Source: Ginkgo biloba (lineage: Eukaryota; Plantae; Ginkgophyta). Taken from it: a stretch of DNA of 38,580 nucleotides. This document shows, piece after piece, positions 1 through 11,830 of this stretch. The notes under the pieces were generated by a model. That model worked only from the letters and a program-made list of their open reading frames with translations, searched no databases and had not been told where the DNA came from. The stretch spans positions 216,440,745 through 216,479,324 of the forward strand of contig JANKJI020000002.1 in NCBI GenBank assembly GCA_024626585.2. The letters are read 5' to 3'. Numbering within the stretch: position 1 is the stretch's first letter; the number at the start of each line of letters is the position of its first letter. Made by a program: the position numbers and the translations under genes.

Positions 1-328
1 TAGTCAAGGTAAAGTGGTCACATGGTAATGGGTCAAGGGAATGTTAGTGAGGGAGGTTAGAATATTAAACAATACAAATTAATATGAAAAAGTGTCACCA
101 TGGGAGTAAGCAAGTTACATGCAATGAATGTACATTATTGCAACCTCTTTAATATATATTAACCCCATTTAATGAAGAAGAAATAGTATGGGAGTTTCAC
201 TATTGCACTCCACCCCTCTTTGATTTTTTATGTCCTATATTATGCGTGCAAATGTGGGTTGTCTCATAGAGGAGTTATGATGATTATGTGGAGTTATGCT
301 ACTCAGTACCTTCAATTGGTATCAAAGA
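1..328 (+). mobile_element. 3' part of an LTR plus tRNA-iMet primer binding site
   Basis: ...TTCA (314) AT TGGTATCAAAG (317-327), a degenerate TGGTATCAGAGC immediately after a CA LTR end. Confidence 0.6.
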
Positions 329-418
329 ACAAGTTTTAAAAATGTGTGATAAGAGTTTTTAGAAGTTGAGTATAGTTAGGTGTGTAGCTATGGAGTTGTA
401 TTACAATGATGATGTGTT

Positions 419-470
419 GAAATTGGTGACTGCAAGTTTTCATGAATTGGTGACTGTAAGTTTTTATGAA
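419..470. repeat. 24-bp tandem duplication
   Basis: AATTGGTGACTGCAAGTTTTCATG / AATTGGTGACTGTAAGTTTTTATG. Confidence 0.85.
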
Positions 471-2610
471 ACTAAGAGTTTGTTGATCTATTGTTAAGCT
501 TCAGGTTTGAAACCTGAGACTATGTGATTGAGTAAAAAATTTAAAATTCTCTATAGAAGTGTTATGTGAGAAGATTTACAAATTAATTTTTCTTGCACGA
601 GCACAACTTTCAATGCAAAAAGAGAATGGGTAGAATTTTGCATACAATGTCCTTATATGTCATTGGTTGTGGAGACTCTTTAAAAAAAGGAGTAGTAGAG
701 GAAATGGTTTAAGTGAGAGATGAGACCAAATATTTTTGAGTTAATTTTTTTATAATCTTATATGTGGAGTCTTCCCTCTTATAAGTAATCACTATGACAT
801 GAGTCAAATAAAACCAGTGTTTTATTTCATATGGTCTGAAGAGTGTTTTGACTTAGCCTATAAATAATGGTCTATTTATATCACTCCATTGGTTGATTGG
901 CATCCATAAAAATTCGTTGGAGTCTCCATATTAAAGTATATGGGAATTAAGGTTTAATAACATGCATTTCTTTATTTAGTATGGGAAAAATAATCAAAGT
1001 CTAAAGTCCATAAAAACTGCTTATTCATTCTAGCAGTTTGGGGAAGAGACAAATGGGACAAAGGAAACATGAATTCCCTAACATTAAAAATATGTGAGAC
1101 ATAGGGACACTATATAAAAATATGATAGTAAAGAGATCATGAGGAATAACTCTTGATCCAAATTGGCATCCAATGATCATCCACCATTGCTACCACTGAC
1201 TTCAAATCCAGTTACCAAGATAAATATGATAAAGGTAAATGGTTTAGGTAAGGAGGTCTCAAATTTAAAAATTATTGGAGTGTATAATTTTATCAGGCTT
1301 GTGACAACTTTGTAAAAAGGCAAGTCGCCTAACTAAAGGGTTTAGAGTCTAGAGGAGCGTTGGTGAGGATCCATCAGGGTATCAATTTTTTTAGTTGCAT
1401 GTATATATCTACTAAATTATAATTTCTCTCTTATGTAGAAGTTCATTATAGTTTGGGAGGGCCCCCCCATAGTTAGAAGCACCATAAATTAGACTGCTAG
1501 CAGCATCAGTTAGAAGTAGTTGCATTGCATGGAGATGNNNNNNNNNNNNNNNNNNNNNNNNNNNNNNNNNNNNNNNNNNNNNNNNNNNNNNNNNNNNNNN
1601 NNNNNNNNNNNNNNNNNNNNNNNNNNNNNNNNNNNNNTAATTATGGCTATTTTTGAAAGTATTTCCCTGAGAAGGTGGCTTCCTTGACCATGGTCTCCAC
1701 TCCCTCTATGTATGAGGAGTAGGTCTCTAATGACTCCTTTGTCTTTTTCTTAGATTGGTCAGCCTTCTATCATCTTTCTTGAACTTAGGACTCATGATCT
1801 TGTCAGAACTTTTAGAGGGTTTACAACTCCTTATCGACATGAAAGGTACTAACTTATTGTCTGAGTTGGTTGTCTTGGTATGTTGCCTTCCTATATTGGC
1901 CATGTTATCGGTTGATGATTATTCATAGCATGTTTATAGTTGTACTCTCCTTACTCATGTCAGATAAATCCATCAAATTCTTGACCTTGGCCTTTGCAAA
2001 CTATATCAATTTATCCATCTCATGAGTTGTTTCATATACCCTCTTTTCCAAAGATCTCACTTATTCTTGTCTGACCATATTCTCTTCATGCATGATTTAT
2101 TGAGTCTACATGAAGGTCTATGTTGGTAGTTTGGATGTGACTATCATGATACCACTTAGTGATTGCTCTTAGACTACCACTATTAGGATCACTAAGGGCT
2201 TATTTATTTCTTAAAATTTGAAGATATCCCACTCCATTGGTTGATGCTTACTAGATTTGGTTGATTATTTGTCAGATGATAGTGTGCCACCAGTGTTAGT
2301 ATGTTTATCACTCTTGGTACTCTTGTTAGTGGATTATTGTGTTTCTCATTGATTCATCCCCTCCTATTGTGATCGTTCCTTTGTCAAACTTAGTTTCTTC
2401 TCTTTATGTCTCCCATACACTTATGTGAATGATTGCGTATGTTGGAGTGGGTCGATGTTTAAGGGTTGGTCTTATTGTTCGATGGTTATTCCTATAGTAC
2501 CTCTTACCTCAATATTATACTCCTGGTGGAAATCTATTGTCAATGTTATGTCATCTCCAACAGTTCTTCCTTTATCTATTTGTGTTGGAGTCTATCCTTG
2601 GTCTCTCAGT

Positions 2611-2654
2611 TGTTACTACTACTATTTTTGTTATTGTTATTATTATTGTTATTT
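2611..2654. repeat. Degenerate trinucleotide microsatellite (TAT/TAC/TGT)
   Basis: tgttactactactatttttgttattgttattattattgttatt. Confidence 0.6.
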
Positions 2655-3556
2655 CTCATTTCCTGATTGTCCGTCTTCTTGTTGATGTCCTCCCTCTTTT
2701 TGGGTTTGCGATGGGATTCCTTTTATATCAATTATTTATGGAGGCTTTGGGGTGTTATATGTATTCTTCTCTCCACTTCCCTATGTATGTGACTTCTCAC
2801 CACTGGCCTTTATCTATGGCTTCTAGCCATTGCCCTCTAGTCGTGGCTTCTCACTACTACTTTCTTCTACCTTATGCTTCTTTGTTCTCCTTTTCAATTC
2901 TNNNNNNNNNNNNNNNNNNNNNNNNNNNNNNNNNNNNNNNNNNNNNNNNNNNNNNNNNNNNNNNNNNNNNNNNNNNNNNNNNNNNNNNNNNNNNNNNNNN
3001 NTAAAATTCAAAGCATTGATATTTTGCATGCGGGTTGAACAAGGTCTAGGTCCCAAATTTAAGGTTAATGTCCCATCCATTTAGGTCCTCTTTGTATAAT
3101 AGATCTTAATTAACCATTCCACATAAAACTTGTGCGAAGAACCTTTTAGGTCCATTGTATTTTTAACATACATAAGAAATTTTTCATCGATATCCATTCC
3201 CTCACCTCCCAAATCCATTTTTTATATTTCATTATTCCAACTTCTCCTAGAATATAAAAGAGCCTAAAGGGATTATGCGGGCTCCTTCAACTATCACTAA
3301 AATATGTAATAATAACCTAAGATAATTGACGTGTTCTATTATCCCTCCCTAGAATCTAAAAGAGATTAAAGGGTATATTTGGCTTATATTTTTTAGGCCC
3401 CTCTCTTCTTCCTTGTCCTTTTCCTTCCTCTCTATCCATGTCTAGGCCTATTGTCCTAGTCATGGATCTAGTGCATGCCATATGACAGAAGAAAAAAGTT
3501 TAAAATTAAAAGGAAAAAATGGAAATTGATTTTGTCACCTATCTCAAAGCATCCAT

Positions 3557-4148
3557 GCTCTAATACCAAATGATATACCTATTGGAAAAGTTCTAAAGGT
3601 AACCCTTCAATATATGGAAACATTGATAAAAAACTAAGGGTTAATCCTCTCTTTTGTATTAATATAACCACTATTATACCTATTATATTAATCTGTCTAT
3701 ACAAACAGTATGGGTCCATGCCTATATACAATTGATTTCAATGAGTGATTTTGTATGATGCATCTCTAGAAGAAAAGGTACAATATTTTTCATGAACATT
3801 CTCAACTTTTCTAAATGCATCGTGATTTTCGTGAGTTACATTATAGTTTTTCTCTTTATGCCATTATAGGTTTTTCCTAAATCGTATAGTTTTCTTGAAA
3901 GCTAAAATTAGTAAGGAAAGATTTTATAGAAGTATGAACTCCATATGTAAAATGAGACAACGACTCAACAATACCCTATTGACCTGAAACTCACTTGTAT
4001 GAATCCCAACACTAAGATTCAACGTTCTATGAATTATGAAGAAAGGATCTAAAAAATTAACAAGAGAATCACATAGCAATTAGATAAAGAAGAAGCTCTC
4101 TCAATTACAAGTCTGAAAGTGTAAAAGATACAAATGGTAATGGTTACA
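3557..4148 (-). mobile_element. PBS plus 5' LTR of a minus-strand LTR retrotransposon (outer boundary tentative)
   Basis: GCTCTAATACCA at 3557-3568 (reverse complement TGGTATTAGAGC), then AA, then TG at 3571. A possible far end is GGTTACA at ~4148. Confidence 0.55.
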
Positions 4149-5929
4149 TGTGCATGGATTATTTTATCTAGAAACCAATTAGAAGCATAGTAATATAGGC
4201 TCTAAAAGGAAACATGCCCATCCACACNNNNNNNNNNNNNNNNNNNNNNNNNNNNNNNNNNNNNNNNNNNNNNNNNNNNNNNNNNNNNNNNNNNNNNNNN
4301 NNNNNNNNNNNNNNNNNNNNNNNNNNNAAGGCCACACTCATTCCTTATTTAAAAAAATATGAGTTGATGAAAGATGGAAAGCCTTTCATCCTTATAATGG
4401 TTCCAATTCTCAAGTCTAATTATTTGGTTTCTAATGGGAAGTACAAATAGACTGTACAAGATTTTAGGAATTTTATTTTGGTGACAAGTGGAAAAAATAT
4501 TAAATCAAAACTTGAGATAGTTGTGGAATAGGCCTTATTGGAAATATTAGAGTTTTTATTTTTGTATTGGATGAGAAATGGGATCCATTATTTCCTTAGA
4601 AGAAAGGAAGTGATGTTCCATTAATTATGACAGAGCTAGATTTTGGTTCTATGGGGCCTAAGTTTATGAAGGAGGCTATGACCATGATAAATATATTTAA
4701 AAGTTTTTACTATTATGGGGTCTTCTCTCACTATATTATATTTCTTTTATTATCCATTATCTAATTATAGATAACGTATGTGCATTTTCATGCTACTATT
4801 ATATTCATTCCTAATAATGTATTGCTTATTATTTATGAGATTATAATAGTTTAGTTGAAGCATGCATGCCATGTTCCCTTTCATAACCTTGCTAAGTTTG
4901 GCTAAGTTTTTTCGTATATAAGAGACTTTTTCCTTATGTTATCACACTTTTGTTAATTATAACTTTGGTCACACATACATTATTAATTTTTATTCTTCCA
5001 TAACTATTCCCATTCCATCTAGATAGGTTTATCCTAATCCATTAATCAACCATCTTCATGCAACCAAGGGATCATTATTTTGATTCATTAGTATGTCATA
5101 AATTATTCATAATTAGAGCTCCTAATATTTTTAGTTCATCAATATAATAATTTTATTACATTTATTTTTTCAATTAATCATTATAGATTATACTTCATTT
5201 GATATTATTGAAGGATCCTATCATTTCTCCCCAAACACTTAACTTACTAGTCCTCCAATAATTTAAATATACTTAGAGGGTGGTTCCTTTGTTAGAATTT
5301 ATTATTATTTTGTAATGTTTACATGATATATTTATTGTAAATNNNNNNNNNNNNNNNNNNNNNNNNNNNNNNNNNNNNNNNNNNNNNNNNNNNNNNNNNN
5401 NNNNNNNNNNNNNNNNNNNNNNNNNNNNNNNNNNNNNNNNNNATGACTAGGCTCTTGATGACTAGAACATTATATTTAAGGATCCTATCATCCAGGGATC
5501 ATGGTTTATTAAATTATTTAATGATTTTACTATGTTAAGTTATTATAGGTATTAATTCAACATTAACCAAGTAGACTTATTGGTACACACTAGGTCCCAA
5601 GCAACAAAGGACAAAGCTAAGGTCACTTAAGACCAAGGACCTTCCCATTAGCAGCCTCCTAATAACCAATCTCACCAAAATGTGACCGATCCTATATGAG
5701 GGAACCCATCTTATGGGACACCCCTAAGGGGATATCTTTCCTTTGATAAATTTTCCTCCTTGGCAAATTATGATATTTTGATAGACCTAAAGAAGTATTC
5801 CATTGTCATGGGTCCATATCAAGCTATGAGATTTTTTAAGTAGAATGAAAGGATGATGGAAGAATTATAAGTTGAGGAAAAATAGATAAACATAAGTGTT
5901 GATGAAGAAGAAATATAAGCCAAGGTGTT

Positions 5930-6631
5930 GGTCCTAAATAATCAAAGTCCCCCCTTTTATATATCTTTGAAGATGAATGATTACATACTTCAAAACTATA
6001 TTGTGTACACGGGAGCGACGCAGAATATGATGCCTTATGTTGTTATGAAGGTTCTAGGGCTCTAGTGCATTTATACTAATTAGGTTGTGAGGGGGATGGA
6101 CTCAAAAATCATAGAGACTGATATTAGTAAAATCAAGCATTTAGTGGTAAATATGGTTGTGGATTCCAGGATAGTAACAATAATTTCACTCGTAATGGTT
6201 TGCATGCCTCCATTATATGGTATGCTCCTAGGTCGTGAATGGATAGATGAGATAGGGGAAGTCATTAACACAAGGATGGATACCATTACCTCCCCTTATA
6301 ACAAGTATATCATCTCTCTCTTAAGAGAAGGCAAATATAAAGACCTTGTTCATGATAGGGAAGGCAAAGAGGCTAATACCCAATATGTTCCTAGAGGTAT
6401 GGGCACTTATATTGTGTTTATAGAAGATGACAACGGTTTGCCAACAAGTGAAGAGGAGTAGTATGAAGCCGACATCAAAAGGAAAGGCCAAGTATGGACT
6501 ATATACTTTAATGGGACAAAGTCAAAGTTTGGAGTTGGCATTGGGATATCTCTCCATGCTCTCGACACAATAGTTTATATGTTTGTATACAAACTAAATT
6601 TTGAATGTGCCAATAACACGACCAAGTATGA
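5930..6631 (+). mobile_element. Decayed Ty3/gypsy Tat-lineage pol fragment: aspartic protease followed directly by an additional (archaeal-type) RNase H
   Basis: PPFYISLKMNDYILQNYIVYTGATQNMMPYVVMKVLGL* is a degenerate LDSGA protease. WTIYFNGTKSKFGVGIGISL...YKLNFECANNTTKYE at ~6495-6631 fits W.LYFDG...GAG...L.F.CTNN.AEYE. In-frame stops are present. Confidence 0.8.
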
Positions 6632-7177
6632 NNNNNNNNNNNNNNNNNNNNNNNNNNNNNNNNNNNNNNNNNNNNNNNNNNNNNNNNNNNNNNNNNNNNN
6701 NNNNNNNNNNNNNNNNNNNNNNNNNNNNNNNCCAATGGGTCTGATTGGGCCTTGGTAAAGCCTCTAAAATTGATCCATGTGGATAGTCTCTAATTCATAG
6801 AAGTTGTTGCTGAGTGTCATCTCGTTCTATGTGTCCAGCGTAAAGAGGTGCTCGTAAATCAGGCTCTCTGGATCTGATTCATGCGTATCCAGAAGGTGAG
6901 GTATCATTTACGAGCGCAATATAGCCATGGATTACTTGAGATGACACGATGCATTTGCTAGACATTGTTCGTTCCAAGTGGCATGGCAATACATCCCAGA
7001 TGATTTGGTAGAGGTTCATGGAATAACAGGCCGAGCATTCCATGTTGATTCTCAGAATTTTGAACTTGGCTACTATGGTTATAGTCTAGCCCAACAGAAA
7101 GTTGGTGATAATACAAAGGGGAGGAGGTCACGTAGAAAGAACATAAAGACATCACAGAACTCAATGCCCAACTGATG

Positions 7178-7347
7178 GTCATCTTGATTGTCTTGGACTT
7201 GACCATAGGTGGGATCTTGGGCACATTAATTGTTAAAACACCATCCACACACGACGTAGAAATGGAATCCACATTGGTGTCCCTGGGCAATGCAAAATAA
7301 AACGATAATTTACAGGGCACTCGAGCTTCCAAATGTAAGATCTTGGT
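7178..7347 (-). pseudogene. Small heat-shock protein (HSP20/alpha-crystallin) C-terminal fragment, class II/III-like
   Basis: TKILHLEARVPCKLSFYFALPRDTNVDSISTSCVDGVLTINVPKIPPMVKSKTIKMTIS matches the sHSP consensus (ERR.GKF.RKF.LP.NAN.D.ISA.C.DGVLTVTV.K.PP...KTI.V.I). The N-terminal half is not seen upstream. Confidence 0.8.
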
Positions 7348-8861
7348 CCATAATTACTTACAAATTCAATTCTTGAGTTTTAAGAAGTAAATTGCACTAC
7401 TAAAAGACACATTATAAATGAATTGCAAACCCAAAAAGAGCCCTTTTAATCTCAACTCCATGGACGTGAGCTGCTAAAGAATAAACAACCTACCTAATTG
7501 CTTGTGTAATCTATAGCACCAGAGTTCAAAACTCTTCCGACTATTTCCAATATGCCATAGCCTAATAGAATTCAACTCCATAGTTAGGTCCTAAAAAACC
7601 TAGCCTGTTATCGCTTCGGAGAAGCCAATGAAACATTCCGGAGCCTTCGGTGGCGCCTCCTACATATGGATCTAGACACAAAAATTATTTTCAATTTCAT
7701 TTTTTTGGGGGTTCGCAATAGGAGTTTCTCTCTCCTATCAGAGATTCCCATTTTTTTTTAGTAAATAGTATATACATGCTTTAGTGAGGGAGGTAATGCA
7801 TATTATAATGTTTCACTTTTTATAGTATTGATTTATCTTTTATAGAAATTACAATCCATGTTGATCAAACACTTGGAAATTTAAGTATTATTTTATTTAT
7901 TATAATAAATATTTATCATGTGTTTATTTTACTATGTGAAATTGAAGTATAAATTTGTTATGATTTTAATAGTATTATACATCAAAAGTTTTAAGTGNNN
8001 NNNNNNNNNNNNNNNNNNNNNNNNNNNNNNNNNNNNNNNNNNNNNNNNNNNNNNNNNNNNNNNNNNNNNNNNNNNNNNNNNNNNNNNNNNNNNNNNNNNN
8101 NNNNNNNNNNNNNNNNNNNNNNNNNNNNNNNNNNNNNNNNNNNNNNNNNNNNNNNNNNNNNNNNNNNNNNNNNNNNNNNNNNNNNNNNNNNNNNNNNNNN
8201 NNNNNNNNNNNNNNNNNNNNNNNNNNNNNNNNNNNNNNNNNNNNNNNNNNNNNNNNNNNNNNNNNNNNNNNNNNNNNNNNNNNNNNNNNNNNNNNNNNNN
8301 NNNNNNNNNNNNNNNNNNNNNNNNNNNNNNNNNNNNNNNNNNNNNNNNNNNNNNNNNNNNNNNNNNNNNNNNNNNNNNNNNNNNNNNNNNNNNNNNNNNN
8401 NNNNNNNNNNNNNNNNNNNNNNNNNNNNNNNNNNNNNNNNNNNNNNNNNNNNNNNNNNNNNNNNNNNNNNNNNNNNNNNNNNNNNNNNNNNNNNNNNNNN
8501 NNNNNNNNNNNNNNNNNNNNNNNNNNNNNNNNNNNNNNNNNNNNNNNNNNNNNNNNNNNNNNNNNNNNNNNNNNNNNNNNNNNNNNNNNNNNNNNNNNNN
8601 NNNNNNNNNNNNNNNNNNNNNNNNNNNNNNNNNNNNNNNNNNNNNNNNNNNNNNNNNNNNATATCTATATTTAATAATTATTTTTAAAATTTATTATAAA
8701 CAATAAATATTCAAATACTTTAATACTTTTGTCTCTCTAGGTTCATATTGCCCATTTTGGGACTACGAGGATGGACATAGATGTTTACCGACTTCCATCA
8801 ACATAAAAGATTAAACATTTGGTATCGACGTTCTTGAATATATCTTATTTTATATTTTTCA

Positions 8862-8915
8862 AGCGATCATCAATTGTAAAATGCAGCCATGAGGTTTCGG
8901 GTTCGAATCCTTCAG
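8862..8915 (+). promoter_or_regulatory. tRNA-like B-box (possible tRNA-SINE head remnant) upstream of ATP11
   Basis: GAGGTTTCGGGTTCGAATCC at 8891-8910 contains a perfect GGTTCGAATCC. Only a weak A-box-like TCAATTGTAAA lies upstream, and there is no full cloverleaf. Confidence 0.4.
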
Positions 8916-9075
8916 ACGTAGGCCGATGCAATGCAAACAAAGAAGCCTGAAAAACCCCAACCGTGCTGTTAAAAGGGAAAGAAGACAAACTGGTATGACA
9001 AAATCTAACGGTCTGAGAAGTATAGCGCAAGCATGTGTGTAAGCCTAAACACGATTCAGCAACAAATTTCAAAAA

Positions 9076-9345
9076 ATGGCATTTGCTATCGCAATGAGGA
9101 GTTCAACTAGATACAATCACTTGATCCAAAAGTTTGGTTATATTCCCTCCATTTTTGTACTCTCGTCCACGAAATCTTCCGACTCCTACAGACGAATTTC
9201 AGGCATTCCTTCGTATTGGGAGAGACATAGTGCTAAGGATCTGCCAGGAGATGCCAAGAAATGGGGTTGTGCAGGTTTTAATAGAGGTTCCAAATATGCA
9301 ACAGGTTTTTCAGCACTAGCGCCCAAAAGCTTGGAGTCCATAATT
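9076..9345 (+). CDS. ATP11: ATP synthase mitochondrial F1 complex assembly factor 1, exon 1 (runs into N gap 9346-9464)
   Basis: ATG at 9076. The R/S-rich N-terminus looks like a mitochondrial presequence and is followed by DLPGDAKKWGCAGFNRGSKYATGFSALAPKSLESII, matching the plant ATP11 pattern (LP.DF.KWGSLGF.K.S.FA.GF.PL.PK.LDSI). The exon end and donor site are hidden in the gap. Confidence 0.9.
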
Positions 9346-9820
9346 NNNNNNNNNNNNNNNNNNNNNNNNNNNNNNNNNNNNNNNNNNNNNNNNNNNNNNN
9401 NNNNNNNNNNNNNNNNNNNNNNNNNNNNNNNNNNNNNNNNNNNNNNNNNNNNNNNNNNNNNNNNCCTAAATCCTTTCTCCTTTCGTATAAATTGTTTGCT
9501 TGAACTGGAATTTTTATCTTTGTTGCCTTCCTTGAAGGGTGTTGCCCATTTTGGATCAATAGAAGTGAAGTAGAAGGGTTTTACGTGTTTTGTTGACTTC
9601 AATGTGTTCATTAAATTTTAGTAACGGTCGATTTCTAGTTACCCAGGAACAAAAAGAACTAGCGATGTGATTTCATGGGAATTGAACTTACGACAGCTGG
9701 TTGTCAAATACTGCATGCTAAGCACCGAGTCCGTCTAGTTTAGTCAGATAATAGACCTCATATTCACTTAGCAAGTACACTTCAAAATCTATTACATAAT
9801 GAGGAAAATAAACTATTTAC

Positions 9821-10012
9821 CAAGGGNNNNNNNNNNNNNNNNNNNTAACAATATGTTGTGTTATTCCTCCTTGCAATAAGCCGCTTCCGATCAACTATGC
9901 CCAGGGATTGATACCGTGCTGCCAGAGGCACCCCATGAAGAGGCCCAGTTGCAGATGAGGGGGAATGGTACACAACTTCATGTTTACTTGTATCCTCTGC
10001 TTCACGATAGAT
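9821..10012 (-). CDS. ACC1: Single exon of homomeric (cytosolic-type) acetyl-CoA carboxylase, antisense inside the ATP11 intron; functional status unknown
   Basis: The minus strand reads tttgtagttgcag|ATC TAT CGT ... IYREAEDTSKHEVVYHSPSSATGPLHGVPLAARYQSLGIVDRKRLIARRNNTTYC(YDF in gap)PL|gtaaat. This matches the plant ACC1 motif IYRE...GPLHG...Y..LG..DRKRL.AR..NTTYCYDFPL. There are no stops and the AG/GT ends are canonical. Confidence 0.9.
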
Positions 10013-10710
10013 CTGCAACTACAAATAAACTCTTCAAAGCAGGAAACTAATCATACATCAACTGAAAACAAAAACAAAGTAAAAGCAAGATNNNNNNNNN
10101 NNNNNNNNNNNNNNNNNNNNNNNNNNNNNNNNNNNNNNNNNNNNNNNNNNNNNNNNNNNNNNNNNNNNNNNNNNNNNNNNNNNNNNNNNNNNNNNNNNNN
10201 NNNNNNNNNNNNNNNNNNNNNNNNNNNNNNNNNNNNNNNNNNNNNNNNNNNNNNNNNNNNNNNNNNNNNNNNNNNNNNNNNNNNNNNNNNNNNNNNNNNN
10301 NNNNNNNNNNNNNNNNNNNNNNNNNNNNNNNNNNNNNNNNNNNNNNNNNNNNNNNNNNNNNNNNNNNNNNNNNNNNNNNNNNNNNNNNNNNNNNNNNNNN
10401 NNNNNNNNNNNNNNNNNNNNNNNNNNNNNNNNNNNNNNNNNNNNNNNNNNNNNNNNNNNNNNNNNNNNNNNNNNNNNNNNNNNNNNNNNNNNNNNNNNNN
10501 NNNNNNNNNNNNNNNNNNNNNNNNNNNNNNNNNNNNNNNNNNNNNNNNNNNNNNNNNNNNNNNNNNNNNNNNNNNNNNNNNNNNNNNNNNNNNNNNNNNN
10601 NNNNNNNNNNNNNNNNNNNNNNNNNNNNNNNNNNNNNNNNNNNNNNNNNNNNNNNNNNNNNNNNNNNNNNNNNNNNNNNNNNNNNNNNNNNNNNNNNNNN
10701 NNNNNNNNNN

Positions 10711-11830
10711 TTCTTCTAGTTTCTTTTTGAAGGAGGAGATATGGAAGACAAGATATGGAAGACATTGTGGATTTTCCACATGGAAGACATAGGTTGCCTC
10801 TCCAATGTGCTTGATAATCTTATAAGGCCTAAAGAAGTGAGGCTTCAACTTCTCTTTATTTATATTCTTCAAAGAGGATTGTTTGTAGGGTAGCAATCTA
10901 ACACATCCAATCCCCTATTGAAAATCCTATTTCAATTTGATGTTAGCCCTTTTGCTACTTTAACCTATACTATGCAATTTTGAGTTTCTCTTGAAGAGTC
11001 TTGAAAGTTTCTCGGGCTTCTTGTTACTAATCTTTCATTAGAGGGACTTTAAATTCTACTTGTAAACAATCTCTAAGATTTGGTGGGTCCTACCCATATA
11101 AAAAGCTTGGAATGGGCTCATTTGCATTGAGAAATGATAAGTGGTAAATTACTAATGTTCAATCAAATATAACCATTTCGTCCATTCCATTTGCTTGCCA
11201 TTCATGTAACTATGAAGATATCCTTTGAGGTGAATGTTAACCACCTTGATAATTCTAGAGAGTACAATGTATAATTTTCTTCAAAATTTGCTAATGAATT
11301 TGGTATTACAATTGCTTATGATCTCCTTCGAGTAGTCATGAATAGTACATATCTCTTGCATGAACACTTCTACCACTTGGCTAGTTTTATATGTGGTTTA
11401 TATAGGAATATAATGTGCAAACCTTGTGAGTTTATTAACCACCACATATGTGCAATCCTGTTTAGCCAATTTTGGTAGTTTGATGATGAAATCCATAGAT
11501 ATGCTTTCCTTTTTCTTTTCTAGAATAGGCAATAGGTGCAATCATTTTAGAAGAAGGATAATTTCATGTTTGTGCGGCTAACAAATTTGATGTTCCTCCA
11601 TAAATATTTTTTTTCAAAAGGAAATAAAAATAAATTTTTGGATGTCTTTCTTCATCCTTTTTCCCCAAAAGTATTGCCATGCCTTCAAATAGTTTTAAAG
11701 AAGTTGGCGTGTTTAGTTGGAGGTACTTTATGTCTTTCTTTCCATGGCTTTGATCCTAAACCTACACAAGGGAATTAAATACATATGATCCTTATAACAA
11801 AGGCTTTCATTTTTCCTTTTGAACTTGCTT
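10711..11830 (-). mobile_element. Decayed Ty3/gypsy integrase (chromovirus-like), antisense in the ATP11 intron
   Basis: ESISMDFIIKLPK...VVVNKLTRFAHYIP (~11410-11510), EIISNCNTKF, MSPFQA, and the C-terminal LPYKQSSLK..KLKPHFFRPYKIIKHIGEATY...VFHISSFKKKL (GPY/F module). Many stops and frameshifts. Confidence 0.85.

Noticed and set aside
2425-3004. Hydrophobic or Cys/Tyr-rich ORFs
   Set aside because: They arise from T-rich low-complexity and microsatellite sequence and show no family motif.
7918-8706. Long ORFs in the ORF track here and at 9965-10792, 12011-12644 and 19259-20330
   Set aside because: They consist mostly of N-gap X residues and are artefacts.
9346-9573. C-terminal part of the 165-aa ORF 9076-9573 as ATP11 coding sequence
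   Set aside because: The sequence after the gap is intron-like and has no ATP11 similarity; it is read-through across Ns.
9711-9739. Helitron-like 3' end (TGCTAAGCA mini-hairpin, then CTAG|T) as an explanation for ACC exon capture
   Set aside because: The hairpin is weak, and in this orientation the element would lie to the left of the ACC exon and not contain it.
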